Shown here one piece after another: positions 48,958 through 58,056 of a DNA stretch of 64,000 nt (the first letter of the stretch is position 1; each line of letters opens with the position of its first letter). The stretch is from an uncultured virus (IMG/VR IMGVR_UViG_3300017780_003486). Lineage: Duplodnaviria > Heunggongvirae > Uroviricota > Caudoviricetes. The translations under genes were made by a program, and so were the position numbers. A model generated the notes under the pieces. The model saw only the letters and a program-made list of their open reading frames with translations, searched no databases and had not been told where the DNA came from. Location of the stretch: IMG/VR virus record IMGVR_UViG_3300017780_003486, one strand, 5' to 3'.

Positions 48958-50438
48958 ACAAGCCACTCCCTATAGCTGTCTCCGGTTACGATAGAGGCGA
49001 GGTCGAGACGATTGCGAAGCGTCTTGATCAGCTTATCGTCAACGGTTCCCGGAACTCGGAGGTCGACGTAGCCGACGCTTCGCGTCTTGTTCACCGCTTG
49101 CGGACGCTCTTCGCTCTGAACGCGATCTTCGAGCTTCTGCGTATTCCCGAAATAGATCGTTAGATCGGCGACCGCCCACATTCTTCCCATACCTCCGGCC
49201 GCAGCCGTCGCGACCATATGCCGGCAGGCCGGATCGTTCTGAAACATCCGCTCTTCCGCTTCGCGCGTCTTCCGGTTCCCACCCCAGAAGCGGGCGACCG
49301 GAGTTCCGAAGCGATTGGATATCGCCTTGACCACGCTATGGACGTTGAAGTCGTAGGCTACCCAAATCACGGCCTTCCCGTCATACTCTTCGAGGATGTC
49401 GAGCAGTTCGCGGGTCCGGTACTCGGGGACCTCGTATATAGCGCCGTCGTCCGATTTCGTATGGCCACAGAGAACCTGATGGAGACGAAGCATTTCCGTC
49501 AGGACCTGAGAGACCGTCACGAAGTTCATCTCGTCGAGACGCGCGATAGCGAAGTCCTTCAGCTCCTGATAGATGCGCTTCTGTTCCGGATGCCACTCGA
49601 CATCGCGGAAGGAATACATCTTCGCCGGTAGGTCGTAGCAGTCTTCGAGAAGAACGCGATGGGAATGAGGGGCGATCTTCTCGTGGACCTCTTCAACGTC
49701 GCGATAACTGACGATCCTTGGACGCTCCATCTGTCTGACTCGACCCGAAGCGTGATCCCAGAAGCCTCGGTTGACGCTCATCTTCCCCATGATCGCGTAG
49801 CGCGCCTTCATCCCGTGGAAGGATTTGAAGCCGAGTATCGACTCGTCGAGAAAGCGGAACTGCATATAGGCGTCGAGAGGCGAGCGCGGTGTCGGAAGGC
49901 CGGAGAGAATACGGCGATAGTCGAAACGCGGCCCGAGTTCGTCAACGATGAACTTCGCCCGATCCGCGTCCGGTCCTTTGATCTTCGTCGACTCGTCGAT
50001 GAGCCCATACGACTTCCGTTGATAGGCGAACTTCAGAGCGAGTTCGCGAGCCCGGTCGACACCGGACATCGCTTCGACGTTCATAAGAAGAGCGCGCGGC
50101 CGGTTCGTCTCGTACATGAAGTCATCGAGTTCGCGAGCCCTCGTCTTCTTCCCACGATCTGAGGCCGACCACGTGTAGGTGAGGAGCCTCCTTCGAAGAT
50201 CGTCGGATAGATGATCATCGAAGGCCGTGTTCCACGTATGATAGACGCCAGCCGGAGCGATACCAAAGAAGTCGTTAGCGTCTCCGTCGAGTTCGATCTG
50301 GCCGAAGTCGGCGAGCGAGAGCGGCGTCTTCCCGGTTCTCATCGCCATGAGGAGAGCGAAGGACGCTCTACCTCTCATCTTCTTGAGTCCTTCCTTCTGG
50401 TGAGACCAGAGCGGGACCTTCGGAACATAAACCGCCAT
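48954..50438 (-). CDS. SF2 (SNF2-like) helicase
   Basis: MRTGKT, IDEST, LSGLPTP, QSEERP motifs. Confidence 0.9.
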   Translation of the reverse strand: MAVYVPKVPLWSHQKEGLKKMRGRASFALLMAMRTGKTPLSLADFGQIELDGDANDFFGIAPAGVYHTWNTAFDDHLSDDLRRRLLTYTWSASDRGKKTRARELDDFMYETNRPRALLMNVEAMSGVDRARELALKFAYQRKSYGLIDESTKIKGPDADRAKFIVDELGPRFDYRRILSGLPTPRSPLDAYMQFRFLDESILGFKSFHGMKARYAIMGKMSVNRGFWDHASGRVRQMERPRIVSYRDVEEVHEKIAPHSHRVLLEDCYDLPAKMYSFRDVEWHPEQKRIYQELKDFAIARLDEMNFVTVSQVLTEMLRLHQVLCGHTKSDDGAIYEVPEYRTRELLDILEEYDGKAVIWVAYDFNVHSVVKAISNRFGTPVARFWGGNRKTREAEERMFQNDPACRHMVATAAAGGMGRMWAVADLTIYFGNTQKLEDRVQSEERPQAVNKTRSVGYVDLRVPGTVDDKLIKTLRNRLDLASIVTGDSYREWLV

Positions 50439-50439
50439 A

Positions 50440-50808
50440 TCAGAGTCCCCTTTCTTCGTCGTGACGCTCAAGCTCTTCTATGGCCGCGTCGTTGGCGCGC
50501 TTTCTACAGGGCCGGCAGACGAGATAAATCGGACCTCGTACTCCCTCTTCATAATCGCGGGTCTCGCAAAGATCGTCGAACGGGAGATTACACCAGTCGC
50601 AGTTTCCCTTCCGTCCTTCGAGTCGTGCTTCGCGTTCCGCCGCAAGGCATTCGGAGCAGAGGTCGTTCAGCTCGGCTCCCATCGAGTCCGTCTCTCCCTG
50701 AACGCGAGCGACGGCCGGTCTATCCGGGTGAATGTCGCAGGTCGCGCCTTCGGGGAGATTATGTCGATGTCCCGGCATCGTACTCGTCGGGCCTATTACG
50801 TCGGCCAT
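50440..50808 (-). CDS. Zn-binding hypothetical protein
   Basis: CDIH...CSEC...CDWC...CRPC. Confidence 0.65.
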   Translation of the reverse strand: MADVIGPTSTMPGHRHNLPEGATCDIHPDRPAVARVQGETDSMGAELNDLCSECLAAEREARLEGRKGNCDWCNLPFDDLCETRDYEEGVRGPIYLVCRPCRKRANDAAIEELERHDEERGL

Positions 50809-50809
50809 G

Positions 50810-51034
50810 TCAGTTATCCTTCCTATCGATCTCGATCACTTCCTCGGCTTCCTCGTTGAGACGAAGTTCGAGCGCGTCGGCGATGAGTTCGTTTGCGCTC
50901 TCTTCTTCGATGTTCGCGATTGTTGCTATATGGGTATCCGCTTGAACGATCAATACCCAATCGCTCCCTTTCACGTGGGCCTCGATGATCCTCGTCAGCT
51001 CGACGATCTCGTCGTGGGTCAATCCGATGCTCAT
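50810..51034 (-). CDS. hypothetical acidic protein
   Basis: ATGA-coupled. Confidence 0.5.
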   Translation of the reverse strand: MSIGLTHDEIVELTRIIEAHVKGSDWVLIVQADTHIATIANIEEESANELIADALELRLNEEAEEVIEIDRKDN

Positions 51035-51336
51035 CCGATACGATCCTCCAACCAGAATTGCGTCGGAACGGGACCGGCCCTTTCCGACTTCCGAAGAACG
51101 AACGGCTCGCCGTTCTCGTCGATCTTACGGGAGAGCGACCGCATAGTCCCCATGATCGACTGTCTCGCGTGGAACGGAGGAGCTTCCCCGTAGACCTTCG
51201 CGATAAGCTGAACCGACGATAGGCGACGATCCGTTTCGGCCTTTAGCGCGTCGAGTGCCTTAGCCTCTCCCGGCGAGTACGGGATGACCGGGGCCTTCGT
51301 CTTCGTCGCCGTCTTCTTCTTAGCTGCGGTCGGCAT
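51031..51336 (-). CDS. putative winged-helix DNA-binding protein
   Basis: Basic; helix-turn-helix-wing-like pattern. Confidence 0.45.
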   Translation of the reverse strand: MPTAAKKKTATKTKAPVIPYSPGEAKALDALKAETDRRLSSVQLIAKVYGEAPPFHARQSIMGTMRSLSRKIDENGEPFVLRKSERAGPVPTQFWLEDRIG

Positions 51337-51595
51337 TGCCGTTCTCCTTCGATGAAAGGATTTCGATTGCGCGCGCCTTACGACGCCTGAACTCGAACTG
51401 CTCGGGGGTCGGGATGTCGTTCGCTAGACATACCGCGATCCCTTCTTCCGTGACCGTCGTCGATCCGTCTTCGTTCTCGACGATGAAGCCGCCAACGCGA
51501 AGCCTCGTCGCGACCTCGCGGAACTTCGATAGATCGGCCTTCGGGTTTTCCGAAACGACGGCGAGTGTCTTTAGCATCGCGTCTGCCATACTCAT
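51320..51595 (-). CDS. hypothetical protein
   Basis: Operon tiling. Confidence 0.5.
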   Translation of the reverse strand: MSMADAMLKTLAVVSENPKADLSKFREVATRLRVGGFIVENEDGSTTVTEEGIAVCLANDIPTPEQFEFRRRKARAIEILSSKENGNADRS

Positions 51596-52851
51596 AGCGC
51601 GTTCTCCTTCTTCCTAGCGGTTATCCGTACTTCTCTCGTCGCCCAGCCTAGCGACTCGTCGCCGCGAAGGTGGTTCTTGATCTTCGTCGAGAAACTACCG
51701 CACGTCTCGCACGTCCGGTGATCGAGGTCTTCGGAATAAGTCCACCGATGGATGCACATCGGTCCTACGTCGGTGAGGTAAGTACGCCAGTGCGATTGGA
51801 CCTCGTGACGTTTCTTCCTCCCGCCGCCAGCGATCTTCCTCGCGACGTAGCGAACGCGGCTCTTGACCCTTGGGAGGTTCAGCGTCACGACGTGCTTTTC
51901 GAAGCCCGGCCTCCCGGTCCCGTTTGCCGAACGTATCCGGGAACCGGTCGCGGTTCGCGGTTCGCTTACGACGATAGGGACCTCCGAGAGCATACAGAGG
52001 ACGGTCGAAATCCAGCGCGTCATCCCGGCGTTCTCCGCAACGTCGGTCGCGAACTGATCGAGGATACTATCGCGACTAACGCCCCGAACTCCGGGAGCCT
52101 CGTTTACCTTGACCATCAGTCTTCGGAACGCATCGCTATAGGCGATAGCCGCGTGCCTCGTAAGATAAGACGGGACGGAGTACGAGAGGCCGACGAAGTC
52201 TTTCGGACCGCTAAAGCCTCTCGGTCCGTTGCCGCGAACGTATCCCCAGACGCTTGCGGAGAGGTCTTCGGCCGATAGCCCTTCCTTTCCGGTAACGTCT
52301 ACTTGCCCGCCGTGGGTCATACGCCACGACTCGATACCGCCGATCACCGACCGGTTGATATCGCCCTGTCCATCGGCGTCGAAGACAATCGCCATCGGGT
52401 GGACGACATATAGCGTCGTGTCGATCCCGCGAGAGTTCCTGATCTCGGCCTGTCCGATGAGCTGAATAGAGAAGGCGTTCGCGTTCTTCCTATCGCGGAC
52501 TAGGAGGAGCGCGGCGATATCCCGAACGCGATCCGATACGGGACGATCCGGGGCCTCGCTCATCGCTATGGAAGCGGCGACCTTCACCCTCGGGTTATAC
52601 TCCATCCATACGACGTCATACGGAAGGATCGTTCCTTGGACGCGAGCGAGAGCGTCTTCCGGAGTAACGACGGAGGCGCGAGCCGAGAGCTCAACGAAGT
52701 CGTCGTCGAGACGGAACTTCTTCGCCTTCATCATCAGGACCCGGTACTCGGCCATCGAGGCTTCGAGCGTCTTCTTCGTCGACCCGGTTACGTCGAGTGC
52801 TTTCGCGAAGCCGTATGTCGATGAGACGAAGCGTTCTGCTAGGTCTTCCAT
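51592..52851 (-). CDS. hypothetical protein (419 aa)
   Basis: RHEVQSHWR...HLRGD C-terminal motif seen in phage proteins. Confidence 0.7.
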   Translation of the reverse strand: MEDLAERFVSSTYGFAKALDVTGSTKKTLEASMAEYRVLMMKAKKFRLDDDFVELSARASVVTPEDALARVQGTILPYDVVWMEYNPRVKVAASIAMSEAPDRPVSDRVRDIAALLLVRDRKNANAFSIQLIGQAEIRNSRGIDTTLYVVHPMAIVFDADGQGDINRSVIGGIESWRMTHGGQVDVTGKEGLSAEDLSASVWGYVRGNGPRGFSGPKDFVGLSYSVPSYLTRHAAIAYSDAFRRLMVKVNEAPGVRGVSRDSILDQFATDVAENAGMTRWISTVLCMLSEVPIVVSEPRTATGSRIRSANGTGRPGFEKHVVTLNLPRVKSRVRYVARKIAGGGRKKRHEVQSHWRTYLTDVGPMCIHRWTYSEDLDHRTCETCGSFSTKIKNHLRGDESLGWATREVRITARKKENAL

Positions 52852-53264
52852 ATCACTCTTCCCTCCTTATACAGATGCGGCTTCTCCGCGATCCTCGCGG
52901 CGATACGCTTTCGAACGATCTCCTCTGCGGAAACCGTCTCCTTCCAGTCACCGAAGAAGCGTGGCGGGATACGACCGCCGAAGCCGGGATCGCGGCTTTC
53001 GTCCGGTTGGTATCCGCGCCTGATCATCTCGCGCTGAAGCGCGGCATACCTCCGCTGGAGATAACGGAGCTTGTCGAAGAAGAAGAGGACGTGCCCCTTC
53101 CCTAGCGTGAAGGTCTTCGGTATCCGCGCGACGACCTCGGCCGGAGTAGCCGTTCGAAGAGAACGTCGAAGCGCGGCGGGAACCATCGGGAGTTCCCGGT
53201 ACTCCGCTATCAGATGTCTTCGATGAAGACGCTTCGGATGGATGCCGGCGTTGATCCGCGTCAT
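52839..53264 (-). CDS. denV: pyrimidine-dimer DNA glycosylase (T4 endonuclease V-like)
   Basis: MTRIN...HLIAEYRELP...FTLGKGHVLFFFDKL..L..RY..L..EMIRRG. Confidence 0.92.
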   Translation of the reverse strand: MTRINAGIHPKRLHRRHLIAEYRELPMVPAALRRSLRTATPAEVVARIPKTFTLGKGHVLFFFDKLRYLQRRYAALQREMIRRGYQPDESRDPGFGGRIPPRFFGDWKETVSAEEIVRKRIAARIAEKPHLYKEGRVIWKT

Positions 53265-53483
53265 CTAACTCCTCCCGATGATAACCGTGTTGATCCGAGC
53301 CTTCGGATCGATGAGGCACTTCTCCTGATCGACATCGAAGAGCCCGACGAGTTCGTGACCGGAGTTCGCCCCGGTCTTAACCCAGAAGTCGCCCCTCATA
53401 TAGAAGGCTTCTCCGATTTTGATTTCCTCGAACCTCCCGGAGCGATGAGGTTCGAGCGTCATTCTAGAAACGTCTTGCGCCAT
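53265..53483 (-). CDS. hypothetical protein
   Basis: Operon tiling. Confidence 0.5.
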   Translation of the reverse strand: MAQDVSRMTLEPHRSGRFEEIKIGEAFYMRGDFWVKTGANSGHELVGLFDVDQEKCLIDPKARINTVIIGRS

Positions 53484-53486
53484 CGG

Positions 53487-53699
53487 TCAGGTCCCCCACA
53501 GCGAGAACAGGTCAGCCATAGCCTCTTCGGCCGACTGCCCAACGATAGGAGCGTTCTGCTCCGTAACGCGAAAAACAGAAGGAAGGTTCAGAATGAACGC
53601 GCCGCGATCCTCTTTCGATAGCAAGTAGAATGTCGTCAACTCCACGCCGCTATCGGCCTTTCGAATTGTTACGGGATACAGGTTTCGCTCTTGTGTCAT
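53487..53699 (-). CDS. hypothetical protein
   Basis: Operon tiling. Confidence 0.5.
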   Translation of the reverse strand: MTQERNLYPVTIRKADSGVELTTFYLLSKEDRGAFILNLPSVFRVTEQNAPIVGQSAEEAMADLFSLWGT

Positions 53700-53702
53700 C
53701 GG

Positions 53703-53954
53703 TCAGGCTCCGTTCTTCCGTTCGCGCTGGATCGCGCCGACGTATGGGACGAGGAGCCTATCGACTTCCTCGCCAAGCGAGGTCGCATCGGAATATAGGA
53801 CTCGAAGAAGCGCTTCCTTCCGTATCCCTTCCGGTTGACTCCTTTCGACGATGAGGATAGCCGACGCGAGTTTATCTGATTGGATAACGAGTTCCGTGAT
53901 TGGATGAAACTTCATACGCTTTCCTTTCCCTGCGGGTGATCGGTACTCGACCAC
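53703..53954 (-). CDS. hypothetical protein
   Basis: Operon tiling; start uncertain. Confidence 0.45.
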   Translation of the reverse strand: MVEYRSPAGKGKRMKFHPITELVIQSDKLASAILIVERSQPEGIRKEALLRVLYSDATSLGEEVDRLLVPYVGAIQRERKNGA

Positions 53955-53976
53955 CCGCGCTTCTAGAGTTCGACGA

Positions 53977-55110
53977 TCAGGCGGCCTTCTTAACGTCGAG
54001 CGCGGTCGCTTCGAGGACCTGCTTCCAGTCGGCCTTGCCCCAGTTCATCATCTGACCACCGGCTTCCTCGAACTCGACCGCGCGGTCGTAGTTCTTCGCC
54101 GTATGAGCCTGATGCGTAACGGCGTTCAGGAGACCCCAAGCGGAGAGGTCACCGCCTTCGATCAGCGACTTGAGGATGCCGGACGACTCTTCGTCCGACA
54201 CGCCGACCTTCTGCGAGAGAACGACGACGGCGGCCTGCGGGTCCTTCTCGACCTTGATGCCGGTCAGCGTCTGAGCGTGTTCGATCTGCTTCCGGAAGCG
54301 GTTCTCGTCGACCGCCGACTTGACCATGTCGCGGACCTTCGAGAGAACGAGCTTGTCGTCGAGCTTCCGGGTCGAGTCCGACCAGAGGTCTTCGTTGTCG
54401 TCGATCTTCCGGCCGACGTGGTTCGCGCGGAAGCGATCCATACCCTTCATCCCGTTGAGGCAGATCAGGCGCCAGATCACCGACGAGACCGAGACCGAGC
54501 CGCAGCCGACTTCGGAGTTCGTGATCAGGACACCGGCCTGAACCACGTCGCCCTTCTTGATCTCGCCCTCGATAGCGGGCGTGACGGCTTGGATGTACAT
54601 CCGCTTGTCCGTGACCTCGCACGAAACGATCTTGACGTTCGGAAGCTCCGCGAGGATCGGAAGCGCAACGTCGGCGATCTCGTGGTTATCGATCCGGCTA
54701 TAGCGGTTCGAGAGGAAGCCGCGAGCGTTCCCGTGGAGAGTGCGGAGCATCCGCTTGTCGGCCTCGCGTTCGAGGTCGTGCTTGAGCCACGAGTTGACGT
54801 TCATCGCCAACAGGTCGGGTTGCTTCTCCAACATCCGGTCGTAATACTTCGCCGGGATGCCGACGTAGGTTCCGAGCTGATTGTGGACGAGATCGAGCAT
54901 CGGGAAGCGCTCGGCCTCCCGCGTTCCGTAGAGTTCGAGAACCGGCCGACGCTTCTTGATCGGCGTCTTCGCGTTACCGATGGGCGGCTCTTCATAGTCG
55001 TCGATCTGCATAGCGAGGCCCTTGCGGGTCTCGACGATGAAATCCTTCCGGGCATCGCGGTTGAACTCGATCTTGCGCGCGAAGTCGGCGAGGCTAATTC
55101 CCTTTTGCAT
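53977..55110 (-). CDS. DUF932-like phage/plasmid protein
   Basis: RGFLSNRY..IDN, ITNSEVGCGS, RLICLNG, WGLLNAVT. Confidence 0.8.
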   Translation of the reverse strand: MQKGISLADFARKIEFNRDARKDFIVETRKGLAMQIDDYEEPPIGNAKTPIKKRRPVLELYGTREAERFPMLDLVHNQLGTYVGIPAKYYDRMLEKQPDLLAMNVNSWLKHDLEREADKRMLRTLHGNARGFLSNRYSRIDNHEIADVALPILAELPNVKIVSCEVTDKRMYIQAVTPAIEGEIKKGDVVQAGVLITNSEVGCGSVSVSSVIWRLICLNGMKGMDRFRANHVGRKIDDNEDLWSDSTRKLDDKLVLSKVRDMVKSAVDENRFRKQIEHAQTLTGIKVEKDPQAAVVVLSQKVGVSDEESSGILKSLIEGGDLSAWGLLNAVTHQAHTAKNYDRAVEFEEAGGQMMNWGKADWKQVLEATALDVKKAA

Positions 55111-55129
55111 TTCGTTCTCCTGCTCTTCC

Positions 55130-55195
55130 TATGGCCTATCTCGTCAGCGCCGGGTGGCCGTATCCGGCGGACGCTCCCGGAGGAGCGTTTCGATT
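55130..55195 (-). ncRNA. type II hammerhead ribozyme with loop I/3'-tail pseudoknot
   Basis: Sense RNA AUC GAAA CGCUCC-UCCG-GGAGCG UC^ CGCCGG-AUACGGCCAC-CCGGCG CUGACGA GAU AGGCCAUA; complete core; predicted GUC cleavage between 55170 and 55169. Confidence 0.92.
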
Positions 55196-55556
55196 ATCCT
55201 TCTTCGTCGCTCGGGAGCGGTTCGATCCGCTTCCAAGCCTGATCGGGACCGCGCGGCGATCCGATATCGGCGATGCGCTTCTCCGATAGAAGCTCGCGAA
55301 TGAGGTCCCACTGGTCTCGATGGACCTCCATACCGTCACAAGCCGAAGCGACTTGGACGATGATCCGTTTCTCGACTTCCTTCTTCGCCATATCGATATC
55401 GTTGAAGAAAGCCGGTTCCTTCTTCGAAGACCAAACGCGGTCTTCGTTCTCTTCGAGAGTGAACCGATACGGACCGACCGGAGTTCGAATGATCCTCCAG
55501 TATATCCGGCCGAAGATTTCGGATCGGTACGCCTTGACGACGCCAGCGTCGTTCAT
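55194..55556 (-). CDS. hypothetical protein
   Basis: GGAGG RBS; stop codon overlaps hammerhead stem II. Confidence 0.55.
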   Translation of the reverse strand: MNDAGVVKAYRSEIFGRIYWRIIRTPVGPYRFTLEENEDRVWSSKKEPAFFNDIDMAKKEVEKRIIVQVASACDGMEVHRDQWDLIRELLSEKRIADIGSPRGPDQAWKRIEPLPSDEEG

Positions 55557-55804
55557 TCAACCCTCCATCCGAACGTCTTCCATCCCGCTTGATGCGGAGT
55601 CCACTCGCGGACCGAAGACGCCGATACGAGCTTGACGTATCGGCGCTCTGGTCCGTATTCGTTCAGCTTCGACGCCTCTTCGATATTCGCCGGGTAAGCC
55701 CGGTCGTGAGAGAGCATATCGAAAGGGAACGTGCCGGCTCCGCTCACTACGAACTCGTAGCGAACGGCCGGGACCGATAGCCGGTCAAGTCTTCGGAGGT
55801 TCAT
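55553..55804 (-). CDS. hypothetical protein
   Basis: GAGTFPFDML..DRAYP...GWKTFGW. Confidence 0.6.
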   Translation of the reverse strand: MNLRRLDRLSVPAVRYEFVVSGAGTFPFDMLSHDRAYPANIEEASKLNEYGPERRYVKLVSASSVREWTPHQAGWKTFGWRVE

Positions 55805-56064
55805 TGGTGCTGATACCTCTTCCGTTCGATGGACGGCCAATGCCGCTGGGCTTCTTCGTACTTCAGTTTCGAGCCCCGGAGCGATACGGCTACAGCAGCG
55901 CTGCCAACCTCCTCTCCATCTTCGTGGTCGACTATCCCTTGATAGGCAACCTGAGTATTCGTCCCATCGTCTTCGACGAGAACGGCTAGGAGTATCCGCC
56001 GCTTCGATCCCCTACCGAGATAGGGGACCGTGGGGCTATGGATACCGATGATCTTGCGGCTCAC
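55801..56064 (-). CDS. hypothetical protein
   Basis: GTGA-coupled. Confidence 0.5.
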   Translation of the reverse strand: MSRKIIGIHSPTVPYLGRGSKRRILLAVLVEDDGTNTQVAYQGIVDHEDGEEVGSAAVAVSLRGSKLKYEEAQRHWPSIERKRYQHQ

Positions 56065-57149
56065 TTCTTGGCCGCCTTCTTCTTCGCCGCTACCTTCTTC
56101 GGAGCGGCCTTCGGAGCGGCCTTCGGAGCGGCCTTCTTTGGGGCCGCCTTCGGGCTCGCCTTCGGACTCGCCTTCTTCGCCGCTACCTTCTTCGGTGTCG
56201 CCTTCGGACTCGCCTTCTTCGGTTCGGCCTTCTTGATGCCGACGTTCGTCACGATCTGCGGTCGCGGCGTCTTCTTCTCCGGCTCCGTCTTCGTCGCGGC
56301 CGGAGGAGTAGCAGCCGGGGCGGCCTTCTCCGGGAGACCGTCGCGGAGCGTAAAGGCGTGTCCCTTCAGGGTCGCCTTCCCATCCTTGATGAGAAGAGCG
56401 CGAAGCGCCTTACGTTCGGAGTCCGCGATGCCGAGAGCCTTCAGCGCGGTCTTGATCGTCCCGTAAGACTTCCCGCCGACCGTCACGGCGATGCTCCCGG
56501 AAATCCCACCGCCTTCCTTCTTCGCTCGCGGCGTCGTCTCGCCGTTCGCTCGCGCGGTCTTATTCGCCTCGCGCTCGGCTTTCCTCTTCGCCTTCGCGTC
56601 TCGTTTCGCTTGTCTCTCGCGCTCGCGAACAACCTGCGCCGCCTTCTTCCGGACCTCGGCCGACTCGGGAGCCGCCTTCTTCCTGACCTCGATGGTCTCG
56701 GCGGTCACGATCGTGATGCTCGCGTCGGCGATCTGCCCGCTAAGGACGTAGAGTTCGGGCGTGTACCAGTCGTTGAACGCTTCGAGGTTATCGAATAACT
56801 GCGACCTCGTACCGGCTTCGGTAACGAGATTGACTTGGACTGGCTTCATCGGGTCCTGCGGCGTGATCTTATCGATAGGCATTTGAAACTCCTTCGCTTT
56901 CGGCATAATCCATTCGCGCTCGGTATTGAGCAGACGCTTCAGTTCTTCGGGGCTCTTCTTCGGTCTGTTCGACCGGAGGAACTTCGGTATGACCCAGACG
57001 CAATCCGGGTGATGGTAGGAACCGGCCGGGGCTCCGCACTCTTCGCAAGCCCTGAGGCCAACGGGAGTATCGGACAAAGTCGGTTCGGAAGCGACGACCG
57101 GAGCCGCCGTCTTCTTAGGTGTCGATGACGATTTCTTCTTGGCGACCAT
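56061..57149 (-). CDS. basic DNA-binding protein with histone H1-like Lys/Ala/Pro tail
   Basis: KAAPK/KASPK repeats; shared GKSYGTIKTALKALG domain; N-terminal CEEC..HHPDC. Confidence 0.75.
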   Translation of the reverse strand: MVAKKKSSSTPKKTAAPVVASEPTLSDTPVGLRACEECGAPAGSYHHPDCVWVIPKFLRSNRPKKSPEELKRLLNTEREWIMPKAKEFQMPIDKITPQDPMKPVQVNLVTEAGTRSQLFDNLEAFNDWYTPELYVLSGQIADASITIVTAETIEVRKKAAPESAEVRKKAAQVVRERERQAKRDAKAKRKAEREANKTARANGETTPRAKKEGGGISGSIAVTVGGKSYGTIKTALKALGIADSERKALRALLIKDGKATLKGHAFTLRDGLPEKAAPAATPPAATKTEPEKKTPRPQIVTNVGIKKAEPKKASPKATPKKVAAKKASPKASPKAAPKKAAPKAAPKAAPKKVAAKKKAAKK

Positions 57150-57219
57150 CGGAGGACTCTCCATCGGTGAAGGAAGACGAGACGAGAAGGACGATGAGGA
57201 CGGCGACGATCCACCGCAT

Positions 57220-57495
57220 CTATGCGATCCTTTCCGGGTACGCCTCGGGGAACGAGGTCATCAGTTGGATGGCCGCCTCGTCGGCGATCTGGATGGCCAT
57301 ATTCCTCCGAAGACGAAGACGAATGTAGTCGTCGTCCGTCAGGAGGTTCTCAAGAGCCCGAGCCTCTTCCTCGCGCTTTTCTTCGCGAAGCTGGATCGCC
57401 TTCCGTCCGATCTCGAAGCGAACGCCGTGACTCGTGAGAGGACGGAGCCGCATCTGCTTGCGGAGTTTTTCGACTTTCTTCTGTAGGGTATTCAT
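57220..57495 (-). CDS. early hypothetical protein (after element copy 1)
   Basis: AGGAG RBS directly after repeat. Confidence 0.65.
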   Translation of the reverse strand: MNTLQKKVEKLRKQMRLRPLTSHGVRFEIGRKAIQLREEKREEEARALENLLTDDDYIRLRLRRNMAIQIADEAAIQLMTSFPEAYPERIA

Positions 57496-57508
57496 CTCTT
57501 CTCCTGCT

Positions 57509-57569
57509 CCAGCGAAAGCGCTGGCGGATCGAGCGGAGCCGAAGCGCCGCTCTCACCGTTAGGGCTTTC
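57509..57569 (-). ncRNA. repeated structured intergenic element, copy 1 (compensatory GAAAGC/GCUUUC variant)
   Basis: 61 nt; cUUCGg loop. Confidence 0.85.
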
Positions 57570-57979
57570 TAGTTCTTCGTATAGACCGCGAGGCGATAAT
57601 AGATCGGGCTGATGCCTTCTACCTCTTCGGTGGTTCGGAAATGGCGCCTGACCTGCGCCTTCGCGAGTTCTTCGGGAGTGAGGTCTTTGACCGCTTCCTC
57701 GGCTTCACGAATGAATGCCGGCGGCGGATGTCCATCGCCCTCTTCCCAGTACGTCGCCAAGAACTTCGCGACGAGCAACCGAAGATCGCTCGGCGGTTCG
57801 ATAACGAGTAGCGACGTGTCGAACCGTTGCGATGCGTGATTGGTCCCGGCCTCTCGTATATAACACGCCGTCTGGTTCCGTCCGGGAACGATGCGAACGA
57901 TTTCCCAGAGCGTTTCTCCGACGCCTTTCCCGCCAGCGAGCTTGACGCGGACCTTATCGCCTATCTTGAATTTCGTCAT
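57569..57979 (-). CDS. early hypothetical protein (SH3/KOW-like N-terminus)
   Basis: FKIGDKVRV; flanked by element copies. Confidence 0.65.
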   Translation of the reverse strand: MTKFKIGDKVRVKLAGGKGVGETLWEIVRIVPGRNQTACYIREAGTNHASQRFDTSLLVIEPPSDLRLLVAKFLATYWEEGDGHPPPAFIREAEEAVKDLTPEELAKAQVRRHFRTTEEVEGISPIYYRLAVYTKN

Positions 57980-57995
57980 CGAGTTCTCTCCTATA

Positions 57996-58056
57996 CCAGC
58001 GGAAGCGCTGGCGGATCAAGCCCCGGATCATCGAGGCTCTCACCGTTAGAGCTTCC
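57996..58056 (-). ncRNA. repeated structured element, copy 2
   Basis: 61 nt; variable stem GAGCCUCG/CGGGGCUU with G-U wobbles. Confidence 0.85.
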
